Positions 13,769-24,600 of a stretch of 64,000 nucleotides of DNA are shown here, one piece after another. Origin of the DNA: Octopus sinensis (Eukaryota). Within the stretch, counting starts at the first letter, position 1. Every line of letters begins with the position of its first letter. The DNA is taken from positions 93,434,001 to 93,498,000 of the forward strand of contig NC_042999.1 of the NCBI RefSeq assembly GCF_006345805.1, in the 5' to 3' direction. The notes under the pieces were generated by a model that was not told the origin of the DNA, made no database searches, and saw only the letters and a program-made list of their open reading frames with translations. A program made the position numbers and the translations under genes.

Positions 13769-13870
13769 CCGAGAGACTATGTATGTATGTATGTATGTAT
13801 GTATGTATGTATGTATGTATGTATGTATGTATGTATGTATGTATGTATGTTTGTACGTATGTATGTATGT
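13769..13870. repeat. (TATG)n microsatellite
   Basis: Direct reading. Confidence 0.9.
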
Positions 13871-14521
13871 TTCTTCTGTTTTATATTTTTCCTCTCAAGA
13901 AAAAGTGGGTTTCTAATAAAGATACACTGTTCCATCATTGAAATGTAGATAAAGAAAAGAGTGTCACATTTTAAACCTGTGTAAAATCTCGTATACTTTT
14001 CTGTTCCACTTACAGATTGCATTTGTAATGTGCGAATCAATTGGTGTATTTCCTTTTCTGAAAATCAAATCCAGCCTTATCCACACTGATAGCTAGGTAG
14101 TTACTTAAAAATCTAAATGCTCCAATTATTATTGGTGTAAATGTAAATTTGTAGTCTGGATATAGACGCTGGATGTTTCGAAGCAGTTGTCCATAGTTAT
14201 CTTTTTTTCTCTTTGAATTTCAAAGAGTTACTCACATCAGCAGGACAGCTGACCTCTATGACGGTACATACTTTCTCTCGTCCGTCCCAATTAACAATAT
14301 CAGGCCTATTATTTTACACTTGACATACGTTTTTATTCGAATGCCCCACCGGTATTCCTTGTGCTGATATTTGTGTACGTAACAAAGAGAATCTCTATAT
14401 TTATACTAGGACACTCCCTTTTGCAAATGACATTGTATATTATTTTCGTAACAATGTCATGTCGCATAGGGAGGTAGTACATTGATGACATTTTTGAGTA
14501 GCTGCAACTACCATGTATGAT

Positions 14522-14660
14522 ACATTTTTTACATTATTTACATTTGACGGATATTTGTCCTCATCTTGTTTGTTGTTAACATAACGTTTCGCCTTCATCA
14601 GGTGTCTTGGGAAAATTTCGAACCTGGGTTCTCGTTCTTAAGGTATTTTTCTATGGTAAT
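14522..14660 (-). mobile_element. HHR-SINE family F1 body, left inverted copy
   Basis: Reverse complement matches 14903-15030, 52531-52685 and 55660-55800. Confidence 0.85.
14578..14606 (-). ncRNA. Hammerhead motif F1 with stem II deleted (probably inactive)
   Basis: Reverse complement reads GACAC-CTGATGA-A-GGC-GAAAC-GTT-ATGTT; 17 nt are missing relative to the sister copies. Confidence 0.7.
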
Positions 14661-14677
14661 ATTATTATTACAATTAT

Positions 14678-14730
<53 letters not shown>

Positions 14731-14758
14731 CATTATTATTATTATTATTATTATGATT

Positions 14759-14828
14759 GGCATATGGCTTAGTGGTGAAGAGCCCGGGCTACTAACCCCA
14801 AGATTGCGAGTTCGATTGCAAACAGTGA

Positions 14829-14833
<5 letters not shown>
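14759..14833 (+). ncRNA. tRNA-derived SINE head (Pol III A/B boxes) of family F1
   Basis: A-box-like TGGCTTAGTGG and B-box-like GTTCGATT; anticodon-arm-like GGGCTACTAACCC; homologous to the two heads at 52738-52885. Confidence 0.75.
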
Positions 14834-14862
<29 letters not shown>

Positions 14863-14902
14863 TAATTCTTTTTATTGGCCACAAATAATAATAATAATAA
14901 TA

Positions 14903-15091
14903 ACATCGAAAAATACCTTAGGAATGAGAACCCAGGTTCGAAATTTCACCCAAGATACCTGATGAAGGCTGGAGGGTATATCAGCCGAAATGTTGTGTTA
15001 ACAACAAACAAGATGAGGACAAATATCGTCAAATGTAAATAATGTAAATAATGTTTAAAATGTACATAATTCCTCATCTCTTAAATATAGA
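14903..15091 (+). mobile_element. HHR-SINE family F1 body, right copy
   Basis: Follows the tRNA head and (TAA)n; homologous to 55660-55840. Confidence 0.85.
14954..14999 (+). ncRNA. Minimal type-I hammerhead motif F1 (C15.2 to U change)
   Basis: GATAC-CTGATGA-A-GGCTG-GAGGGTATAT-CAGCC-GAAAT-GTT-GTGTT. Confidence 0.75.
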
Positions 15092-15200
15092 AACTTGTGT
15101 GATGTCTTCCACAGAAATATGACATAATCTACATTTACAGTTGCATCTTGGAACTCCAAGGGCTACACTGTCTCTTTTCTGATTAGGTATTTAATAGCAA

Positions 15201-15485
15201 GATCAGTGACGAAAGGTCACTGGAAAGAGGATATATGTATTTGCATTGGGACCTTTCCATCAAAAACCGGTGATTGTCGTGCGCTGATGACGGGTCAATA
15301 CCCAGAAACTGCAGTCCGTGCGTATCACTTAGGTTGACGAGGGAAGGATGACCTCCCTTTGCAAATACCGATAGGGCACAGAAAGCGTGTCAATAGCCAG
15401 CTGGAGATGTTCTCCTGGGGCTACAAGCTACAGTAACATCCACCCTTAGTGGTTAGCCATACTTAGATGACAAATATACTTCACA
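15201..15485 (+). mobile_element. 285-bp non-coding retrozyme-like insertion flanked by a 13-bp TSD
   Basis: TATTTAATAGCAA at 15188-15200 and 15486-15498; removing the insert restores the host LINE frame (QEQEIAIKY-LIRKR); contains an HHR and hairpins. Confidence 0.8.
15278..15322 (+). ncRNA. Minimal type-I hammerhead ribozyme motif F4
   Basis: Stem I CGTGCG/CGTGCG (6 bp, 2 GU); core CTGATGA; stem II GGGT-CAAT-ACCC closed by a C.A mismatch; GAAAC; palindromic stem III ACTGCAGT; GUC triplet at 15314-15316. Confidence 0.8.
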
Positions 15486-17538
15486 TATTTAATAGCAATT
15501 TCTTGTTCTTGGATTGTAAATGCATAGCCTACTAAGTGTGATGTAATGTTGCGGTCACGAATCTAAGAGAGTCTTCGCTTTATGTCAATATTAGTATCTT
15601 CTTCAAATCATCGAGAAACATACCCATGCGTGGTCTTTTTTGGTATGCTCAGCACTTCACCTCCAGGTTTTCTTTGAAGAATATTTGTCCGGCTGAATAG
15701 GAACGTCACCAGGAAAAGAGTACTTCCTGAGGAGCTCCCTTCTAGCACTACCATATTGTTTTCTTCACTTTGTCGTGTATTGAACTCCTATTCAATATTT
15801 ACGTCATTGTCAACTTTTGTAATGTGCTTATGAAATAAGTTTTGTAATTTGCATATTTCATAAGCACATTACAAACTTGACACACTTTTCAGCACTTAGT
15901 TCATGTATATTATTTTTGCAGCTACTGATTAGCAGTGCCAGAGAGACTATGCAGAATTCAAATGCTGTTAGCATTTATCTCAATCCCCTACTTCCTTTAT
16001 CTTTTCTTAGATAGAATATCCCGATATGACTATGTTTGTAATTTCAAGCTGATGTTAGAATGTTGCGGATTTTAATGTCTATGGAGTGGATTTCTTCTAC
16101 AGGCCTGTCACTTATCCCAAATGTTTGAATCCGTACTGGTACTGCAAATCTCTCATATTTTTCTTAATCTGGTTTAATATTCTTGGGTCACTTTATCTTT
16201 ATTCACAGTACCTTGGTATGATATATTTTCACCTGTGCTTAAGTATTTGTACCGTTCTTTTTGTTGGAGAGGAGAGAAAGAAAGAAATGTACGTCTTGAG
16301 GACTGACTGTCCTTGTTCAACAATCAAATAAGAGCATTCTGCTGGCCAAATCCTATTCCTATGCCACCTGAAAATGTTATTAATTCATTTCTTTTTTTGG
16401 TGTTGTTAACATTTTTAGTATAAACCATGAGGTTATCCACAAAGGAATAATGGGTTACATTAGTAACTCATACAGATGCAGACCCTCGCATATAGCTGTT
16501 CCTATTTTGTAGCAGAAATGGTAATGGGTTTTATACCAATATTAAGAGGTGTACAGAAAGATTATCTCCTTGGAATATTCCCTTTGCAATATTTAGAGCT
16601 TTGAAAACAATCGTTCCACTATATGTTTTGTGTAAGAATATTTGTGGTCTAGGTCTTTGTGAGTCTGGCAATGGCAGCAATTAAGGAAGCAGGCACTTTT
16701 GCGAAATGGAGACACTTCAGCAACCACGAGTGAGAAATAGAGTCAAATGGCTTCCTAAAATCAAGCCATACTGTCGTAAGCATCCTACGATCTTTGCTTT
16801 TTACCTGATACTTTGAAGCTGTGTTTATCAAACGTTGTTCGGTACATTCCCACTCTCCCTGCTTTCCAGCAGCCTGCTCATCGCTCACTCCGTTGTTCGA
16901 CTCAAAATGATCTTGGTGGAATTGATTGAGGCAGCTTGTGTACAGTTTGAACATAATGTTTAGGTAAGCAATGGGGCTGTAGTTTTCAGGCAACTTAGTG
17001 ATTCCATTCTTGGTCAATTTGGTATGTCAATCTGTGCTCCTATAAATATATATATATATATGTAAGTATGCATGTAAGATATTTTGGTCCACATATACAA
17101 GTAAACTTGGTGAGAGGGGGCCTTCTCCAGTAAAAATCTATTAATCGCATTTTTACTAAACAACGACCGAAAAAGAGGACACAACGCTAGAAGCAATATA
17201 TTTTAGAATTCTGTTATAGTATTGTCGCCTATGAAATTGAAATAACATTCGAGAAAGCTTCAGAAGCGAAAATGCCGTTGAAAACTAATTGACAATTAAG
17301 ATAGGGAAATGTGAGATATAATAATGAATAGTGCGTATGATATTTCCTATATACAAAGGAAGTGTATAATAGTCCATGGTATTTTGTAACGAGCAATCAA
17401 TGTGTATGATTAAATATTCAATTACTGAGAAATAACATTAATAAAAATATGACGTGAAATGAATAGGAATGAAAAATAGACACCATTGCACACGCACACA
17501 CACACACACACACAAACAAATATTGTATATATATATTC

Positions 17539-17578
<40 letters not shown>

Positions 17579-17587
17579 TTGTTTGTT

Positions 17588-17676
<89 letters not shown>

Positions 17677-18571
17677 CATAACATATATACTTACATACAT
17701 ATATGTTTTTCCGTGTGTACATTTGTGTGTGAATCTGCTTGTGTATGTGTGTGTGTGAGCGCGCGTTCGTATGTTTGTGTTTTTGAGTGTGTGCGTGTCC
17801 GTGTTCGTATATGGACATATGTATTATATATTTATATATTTTGCTTTTGGAAACAGCGCAGCAATATTTTCACTTATTCTTATATGCTGACAAAGTGCCT
17901 TACATATGAATTATCTTCTTACAGTGTCTGCAATGTGTATTATATTTTTACAAGATTTTGCTAATATTTTTATTACTTTTTAGTTCAGTTTTTCTTTCTT
18001 GAAGGTGAGAATCTTATAATAATGTCGTTCATTGCAGAACTGACTACAATATAGTTAAATCAGATTCTATAGGGAGATATTATAGGTGTTGTGTTTTTGT
18101 GAGATGATTTGAAAGTTTCTTGATTAACAGATATTCATTGATTTTCTGAAGTTCCGTCACAAATACAGCATTACACAGGCATTTTACTCATAGAAAATTC
18201 TTGACTCGTTTGCGTTCATGATTTAAAATTGGATTATATCATGTGAAAGTAGGGATATGTTTAACACATATAAACTTGCTCATATCTCAAATGCACGACA
18301 ATGCTTGGATTATATACTAAGTCAACCGCATTTGGAAGTTAATTTCGTATTATATTGAGACAAATATTCGGTTGCATGGATGTCTAATAAATTGCAGATG
18401 AGATGGTTTATCATTCATATGATATATAGAAAGTATCAGTGGGTATCTTTTCATTTAACAGCTAAAATATATACGAATATTTTACTTACAATGGTAGTTT
18501 TGCTCATACAAACCTAGTATATATAAGATTCTATGTGGAAATATGCATATAAATGCATACACTACATACAG

Positions 18572-18602
<31 letters not shown>

Positions 18603-18639
18603 TACATGCATTTATATACACACACACAGATCCACACAC

Positions 18640-18679
<40 letters not shown>

Positions 18680-18683
<4 letters not shown>

Positions 18684-18835
18684 TTGTGTTGTAAGAAACC
18701 TGCTTCCCAAACACATGGTTCCGTGTTCAGTCCTACTGAGTTGCACCTTGGGCAAATATCTTCTACTTTAGCCTCGGGCGGACTAAAGAATTGTGAGTGG
18801 ATTTGGTAGACGAAAACTGAAACAAGCCCGTCATA
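18680..18835 (+). mobile_element. tRNA-derived SINE with a CORE-like central motif, 5' part
   Basis: Homologous to 24601-24765, 61530-61690 and the reverse complement of 63590-63733; contains CCTTGGGCAAATATCTT. Confidence 0.8.
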
Positions 18836-18970
18836 TATATAGTAATACAAAGCGAATAATTTCGATTATCCCCACCTAGTGAGTTGTAATGCAAAAAATA
18901 CATATGAAAATAAAGAAATGAAAATGCACAAGCTTTACATACTTTTATTATATTTTATAATATATCTTAA

Positions 18971-20232
18971 ATATATTTTGTACTGTGTTTGGTCACCGGT
19001 TTCACTTTCGATGATCATGACATTGAAATTAATGTAATTTCATACTTTCTTAGGAGAATTTTATGTAGAGAAATTTATCAATGACTGCTTCAGCAAGTAG
19101 AAAAATCTAAGGAGTGGTAGTTATTATTGGGGGCAACAGATGTAATTGTTCATCTTTTGGGAAGGGGACAAATATGCACTCTCCATACCACCCGAAACAC
19201 ATCAAAAGGAATAACCCCTTAAATTTGGCAAAAAAAGATTTCTACAATAGTATCTCATTGAAATACTCGAGACTATCGTCTTCAAGCTATCAGATTAGCA
19301 CTAGCTGAAAGACAATATCCAAGATTTACTTATATAGAATTAAGCGTGCTAAGAAATTAGACATTAAAACACTAAGAGCATTAAATCGTAACACCACATC
19401 TCATATCAAAACAAAGACATATCAACTTACAACCCTAGAAACACTGAGGTATACAAAACTATTGTAGAAATTCTACCTATACTCATTACAGATCCAAAAA
19501 TGAACAACATTCTGCAAAAATAAATTCATAAAATGCAAAAAGCAACACAAATCGCAAAAAAATACTTCACATAAATGCGAAGAACCACAAAACCAACGGT
19601 TAAAAATATGGATGCCCAAACTGTGGAACATGTTCCAACTAACTGGAAGGCTCGGAAATCCTCTTCAGACAAGGAGAGGAGGTTCACAATTAAAACCAAC
19701 TTCACTTGTGCTTCCGAGAACGCAATTTATGTTATAACTTGCTCCAGTTGTGGACCTAACTATATAGGAAAAACTCCTTTGTGTGAACACATAGAAAGAT
19801 GTGCAGGTAATATCCAACCAAACTTCACAGTTTTCCCATCTACCACCACAAAAAGAAAATTTCTATACAAGAACGTTTAAATAATGAAAATTTGTTTATG
19901 GAAAAATACAGAAAGCGTCTAAATATGAATGCATAACCGACTTTGATCTTAGTATATATTTTATGATCACACAGCTTAGATCACACACCCATTACTGTAC
20001 GTATTTTTTCTTACTACTTCACCTTATACGTTTTTGTGAATATTTATCCCATTCCCCGAAAGACGAACAATTACCTCCCTTATCACCAATTATAACAATC
20101 ACCAATTACCTCTGCTTAGAGTTTTCTACTTTTGCATTTTCTTAACAGAATATGAAATTATAAAAATTTCAATGTCATGATTTGCAAAATCGAAACCGGT
20201 CGGCAAGCACAATAACAAAAATATCAGAAATA
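18971..20232 (+). mobile_element. Penelope-like element remnant (RT C-terminus and GIY-YIG) with inverted terminal copies
   Basis: Fragments YHPKHIKRNNPLNLAKK and FTCASENAIYVITCSSCGPNYIGKT; 18971-19031 is an inverted, diverged copy of 20164-20225 carrying GAAACCGGT. Confidence 0.75.
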
Positions 20233-20287
20233 TATCAGAATATATATTAAAACTATGTAAATGTATCTTCCTTCTTTTATATACATT

Positions 20288-20316
<29 letters not shown>

Positions 20317-20318
<2 letters not shown>

Positions 20319-20517
20319 AAATGTAATATGTGACAATTATTCGGTAGCCATGATAGAACACCGAGTTTCGGATGCCGAGTAGGAAAACCACTCCGCCATT
20401 TCTTCAGTTAGGCAGCCACCTGATAACTGAAGAGTTGGCGGCGTGGTTTTCCAGATCGGCATCCGACACTCGGAGTTTTATCATAGCTACCGAATAACTG
20501 TCACATAATACATTTAC
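20317..20517. repeat. Long imperfect palindrome (~94-bp arms, 13-nt spacer) formed by two outward-facing HHR-like family F2 ends
   Basis: 20317-20410 is an imperfect reverse complement of 20424-20517. Confidence 0.9.
20421..20483 (+). ncRNA. Hammerhead-like motif F2, right arm (GAAAC changed to GACAC)
   Basis: Stem I TGATAA/TTATCA; CTGAAGA at 20427-20433; GACAC-TC-G-GA-GTT; stem II diverged. The left arm (minus strand, 20351-20410) keeps GAAAC. Confidence 0.55.
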
Positions 20518-20580
20518 AGATAAATTCCTCTATTTACATAATATCAAGGTCTCTTTCTTTCGTTGTCTTACCATTTTAAT

Positions 20581-20619
<39 letters not shown>

Positions 20620-20648
20620 TATTTATATTTATGTGTCTGTATGTTTGT

Positions 20649-20698
<50 letters not shown>

Positions 20699-20699
20699 G

Positions 20700-20795
20700 T
20701 AAGTAGGTGAATGAATTATCCTATATTTATCGTCAGCATGGAAAATTCGTGTAACTGAACCTGGGTAGCAAATTCACGTCAGAAAACACGGTTGA
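20700..20795. repeat. Dispersed ~95-bp repeat, inverted relative to 40136-40232
   Basis: AGTAGGTGAATGAATTATCCTAT...GGTAGCAAATTCACGTCAGAAAACAC matches the reverse complement of 40136-40232. Confidence 0.8.
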
Positions 20796-20852
20796 AGCGA
20801 CCTGTCAAGGGTAGAAACTCTGGGCTCTTGTGTAGAAATGTGTGAGTTGTAT

Positions 20853-21198
20853 ATGAATGAATGAAAGAATGGAGTCGAACGAAGATGTTAACAAAATTCC
20901 TTTACTCGCGACACATGTTTTGAAGACAGCATATATTTATTCCGAAGGAATAAAGGGTGCATTATGCAATCTTCTCATCAGGAAAGATAAGGAGCCTCTC
21001 TCAACCACAAGACGAACAAAAATTTCGATGATTGCCTACATGGTGATCACAGCGATAATGAGTTTTTTCTTTCCTGATGAGAAGATTGCATAATGCACCC
21101 TTTATTCCTTCGGAATAAAAATATGCTGTCTTCGAAACATATGTCGAGAGTAAAGGAATTTTTTAACATCTTCCTTCGACTCCATTCTTTCATTCATT
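20853..21198. mobile_element. Inverted-repeat element, family F3 (~133-bp arms, ~80-bp spacer), each arm carrying an outward-facing HHR
   Basis: 20853-20986 is the reverse complement of 21068-21198 with few mismatches; the left arm and spacer recur at 38642-38850. Confidence 0.9.
21069..21150 (+). ncRNA. Type-I hammerhead ribozyme motif F3, all core nucleotides intact
   Basis: Stem I CTTTC/GAGAG; CTGATGA at 21074-21080; stem II GAAGA/TCTTC with a 43-nt loop containing a TTTATTCC-TTC-GGAATAAA hairpin; GAAAC; stem III ACATATGT palindrome; GUC at 21143-21145. Confidence 0.85.
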
Positions 21199-22948
21199 TA
21201 TATATATATATATATATATAGGTATATATATACATATGTGTAGATACAAACGTATTACGTACTATTTATGCGTCTGCGTTTGTCGCTGTATGTGTTTATA
21301 TGTAGGGTGGTTCTTCTGAAACACCTAAATATCGAGCTCTTTCTACAAAAGAATAACCAATTATAATATATTTCTTATAATACAGCTGAAGACATAACTG
21401 TGATAACTTTACAACTACTAAACTTTCTTGAGAATCTCAGCAGAATATAAATACCTTTTTATATATACACCAAACATCTTGTTATTTCTTTAACCATGTA
21501 ATTACATCGATATAAATAACTTTAGAAATCCTATTATCAGAACTTACGCGTATTCTATTCAATACTAATCATATAGAATATTTTTTTGTTTAAGATTTCA
21601 TCTCCCACAAATATGCCAGACTTTGGAACATATTAAATATTCATTCTATTCTTTTCATTCATAAACTTCAATAAAGCGTTGCGTTTCTAAAAACATTCAT
21701 ATTATACAGTATTTTTCCAAAATGACTTTCCCGCTTCTCAAGTCTTAAATTATTTGTAAAACACATTCATATATTTGTTCATTCGTGTCTATTTTCAACA
21801 AACAACCCATATTTATTACACCCATTCTCACGTAATTTCTCTATATTTTTTAAAATCTATCTTTTTCTTCTAGGCACTAAATAGCTTTAAAATGTATTTT
21901 TATTTTTGAGATGTTGAGGCAGTTTTCTTTTTCCTTATTTTTTACTCATCATCTTAATTCTCTCCTTTGCTTATGTGGGAAAAAGATGACGTTTTTCCCA
22001 CTTTTTTCCCCATAATAATTTCCCAAGTATACATTACAAAATTGCATAGCATACTCCCATTTATTATTAGCTTACCTTTACAGTTATATTAAATAAGATT
22101 TTCTTAGAAACGTTGCTGTTTTTTGTACCTCTCCTCGAAAACCATTATACAATTTGTTTTATATATATCTAGCTCGATAGATAAATTGATAGATAGATAG
22201 ATAGACAGATAGATAGATGCACTACTACACACACATATGTATAGGTATGTATGTAAGCATATAAGTAAAGAGATATAGGTACACACATAAGCAGATATAT
22301 ATTCACAAATCTTTCTCTCTATATAAGCGCATGTATCACGTTGCTATGTTCACATTAGGCGTCTATGTGTGTATCTATAAACATCCATACCGACCAACAC
22401 ATAACTGAATACATATAGACGGCTACGCTTCTTTGTAGATCTGTTGGTCAGTGTAAATTTGTGCGTATGAATGTTTGTTTGGGAATCCTTTTTCTCTCTT
22501 TTTACTTTTGTGTATGTGTGAGGATGTATGGGGATGTGAGCGAAATTCTATATTTTTATACAAACTAGTTTCAATTACTGATGAAACGCAATAACTGTTA
22601 ATAGAAGATTTCAACATTATATAGCATACAAAAGTTACAATAGAAGTGTTGAGGAAAATTCTATCAATCATTTGAAAAACCGGTTTTATTTTTATGTGAA
22701 TATTACTAAAATCGATTATCTGTGCTCATGCATGTTTGATAGTTGATACTAACAATATTACGATGAGGCTACAGCAAACAAGTGTATCTCGAGTGCTAGA
22801 TCAGTAAAGATGAATGTCTGAATTTTTAAATACATAAATATATTTTGCAATTAGTTATATTGAGAATAGCCGCTTCTAAATATTTCTATTCACAATGATC
22901 TTAAGTAATTTGGTTATGTAATGTATATATATATATATATAGGCATGT

Positions 22949-23007
<59 letters not shown>

Positions 23008-23579
23008 TTATATATAGGCATGTATATGTATATATTATACTTGTATATTTAATATAAAAACACATAGAGGTGCGCACACACACACATATATATGTATGTA
23101 TATACATATATATGTCTGCGAATGTGTGTATGTGTGTGTAGAAATACATATACATATATATGTAGACACAGGCAAATTAGGCAATTCGATTCACACAGAA
23201 TATTATATACATTTAACACATAAAGTCTACATATGTGTACATACAAAATAGTCCGGCCTACGCAGAATACAAATGATACCAGGAGTTAAATGGTTCGAGT
23301 TTTACGACTCCACAGGCCGTTTCTGGGGCCTTGGTAGTCTAGAATAATGATAGTTACTTGGTTCCATTATCAGATAACAGCGCTTCGGTCTTCTGTGTAA
23401 ATCGACATGCCTAACTTGCTTGTCGTTACGTTTACTTCTCTATCGACTCAAGTTTTAATCTCTTAAGCACTACGAAGTGTCTTCGTTATAGAGAAAAACT
23501 ATCCATAATATGTAAGCTATATACCTTTTGCTCGGCCGAGCGCTACTTATAGATGACACCCATAGATAACCTATTGTTG

Positions 23580-24590
23580 GGCATGTCTATAAAAATATCC
23601 CGATCCCACCAAGGGATATTATACATGGAACTCATACCAAAAGAAGACTAATGATTTCATAACTCAAATGAGATGAAGAGCCAGACACCATAAGCTCAGA
23701 TTTAATCAACCCGATGATTCTAATCAAAAGAACACTTATAATCTGAATTTCCACAAAAAGCCACACCCAAACCCAGAATTGACTAATTTTAAGAAATATC
23801 TATTACATATGTTAAAAATCATTAAATTCTCTAATTATACTAATTCCTTCCACAAATAACTATCCATAATTACATCTAAAATAAGAACTTCACCACACTT
23901 GCATGTCTTTTCTGACACAACTGTCAATCTTCACTCCCTTACCTTGGGAACATAGACTATTCTCATATCAAAGGAACTAAACACGTGCTCATAGAAGTGC
24001 TGTTAAGGAGATTAATAACATCGCTGACCTAAATTTACTAAATAGAACTGGACCATATACACCTACCCCCATATTTCACCCTGGAAGACCACCGACCCAA
24101 CTTCTACTGTAAGATGTCCATTAGACACATCTGCTCCACTAAATGGTTATACATGGACGGTGCATCCCTTTCAGCAACTGGATTATCTCGACCATCAATG
24201 GAACACACCAAGCATGTGCCACAAAATTCTTTAAAAACTATAACCTAGTCATAGACGTTACTCTCGGCTTAAACACAAATCTATCTAACCCTTTCCATAA
24301 ACACAACCAAACTTTGCAAAAGATAAATGTCCTCTCTCACCACCCTAAATTTACCATTAATAACGTAACAACGAACATATTTATCAGAATCTAATTTATC
24401 TTCTTACGAAGAAATTTTTAACACTCATGCTCCTTATTATTATCAGGCTCTCCAAATAAGCGGGTTCCGCGAAAACATCTATCACTAAGGTTACAACTAA
24501 ATTAGCACATCTCTTCCGCAATACTAACCATGAATCTGTGGACAATACTTCACTCAACATCAATCTAACAAACCTCGCTTTAAAGAATCC
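23580..24590 (+). mobile_element. Degenerate Penelope-like element (N-terminal and RT-thumb fragments)
   Basis: Fragments MSIKNIPIPP, DVTLGLNTNLSNPFHKHNQTLQKINVLSHHPKF and EEIFNTHAPYYYQALQISGF resemble Penelope ORFs. Confidence 0.6.
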
Positions 24591-24600
24591 TACACAAGCG

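Larger units (their letters stand above)
13970..17200 (-). mobile_element. Old R4-clade RLE LINE (RT to RLE), interrupted by two younger HHR-bearing insertions
   Basis: Minus-strand order is colinear: PENYSPIAYLNIMFK, WECTEQRLIN, WLDFRKPFDSISHSW, GIFQGD, TIQEQEIAIKY | insertion | LIRKRDSVALGVPRCNCKCRLCHISVEDITQV | insertion | YYLPMRHD, NRPDIVNWD...VIEVSCPAD...EK...YPDYKF. Confidence 0.85.

Noticed and set aside
14759-14833. tRNA-like sequences as functional tRNA genes
   Set aside because: No acceptor-stem pairing at the 3' end, and the sequences continue into a repeat body; they are SINE heads.
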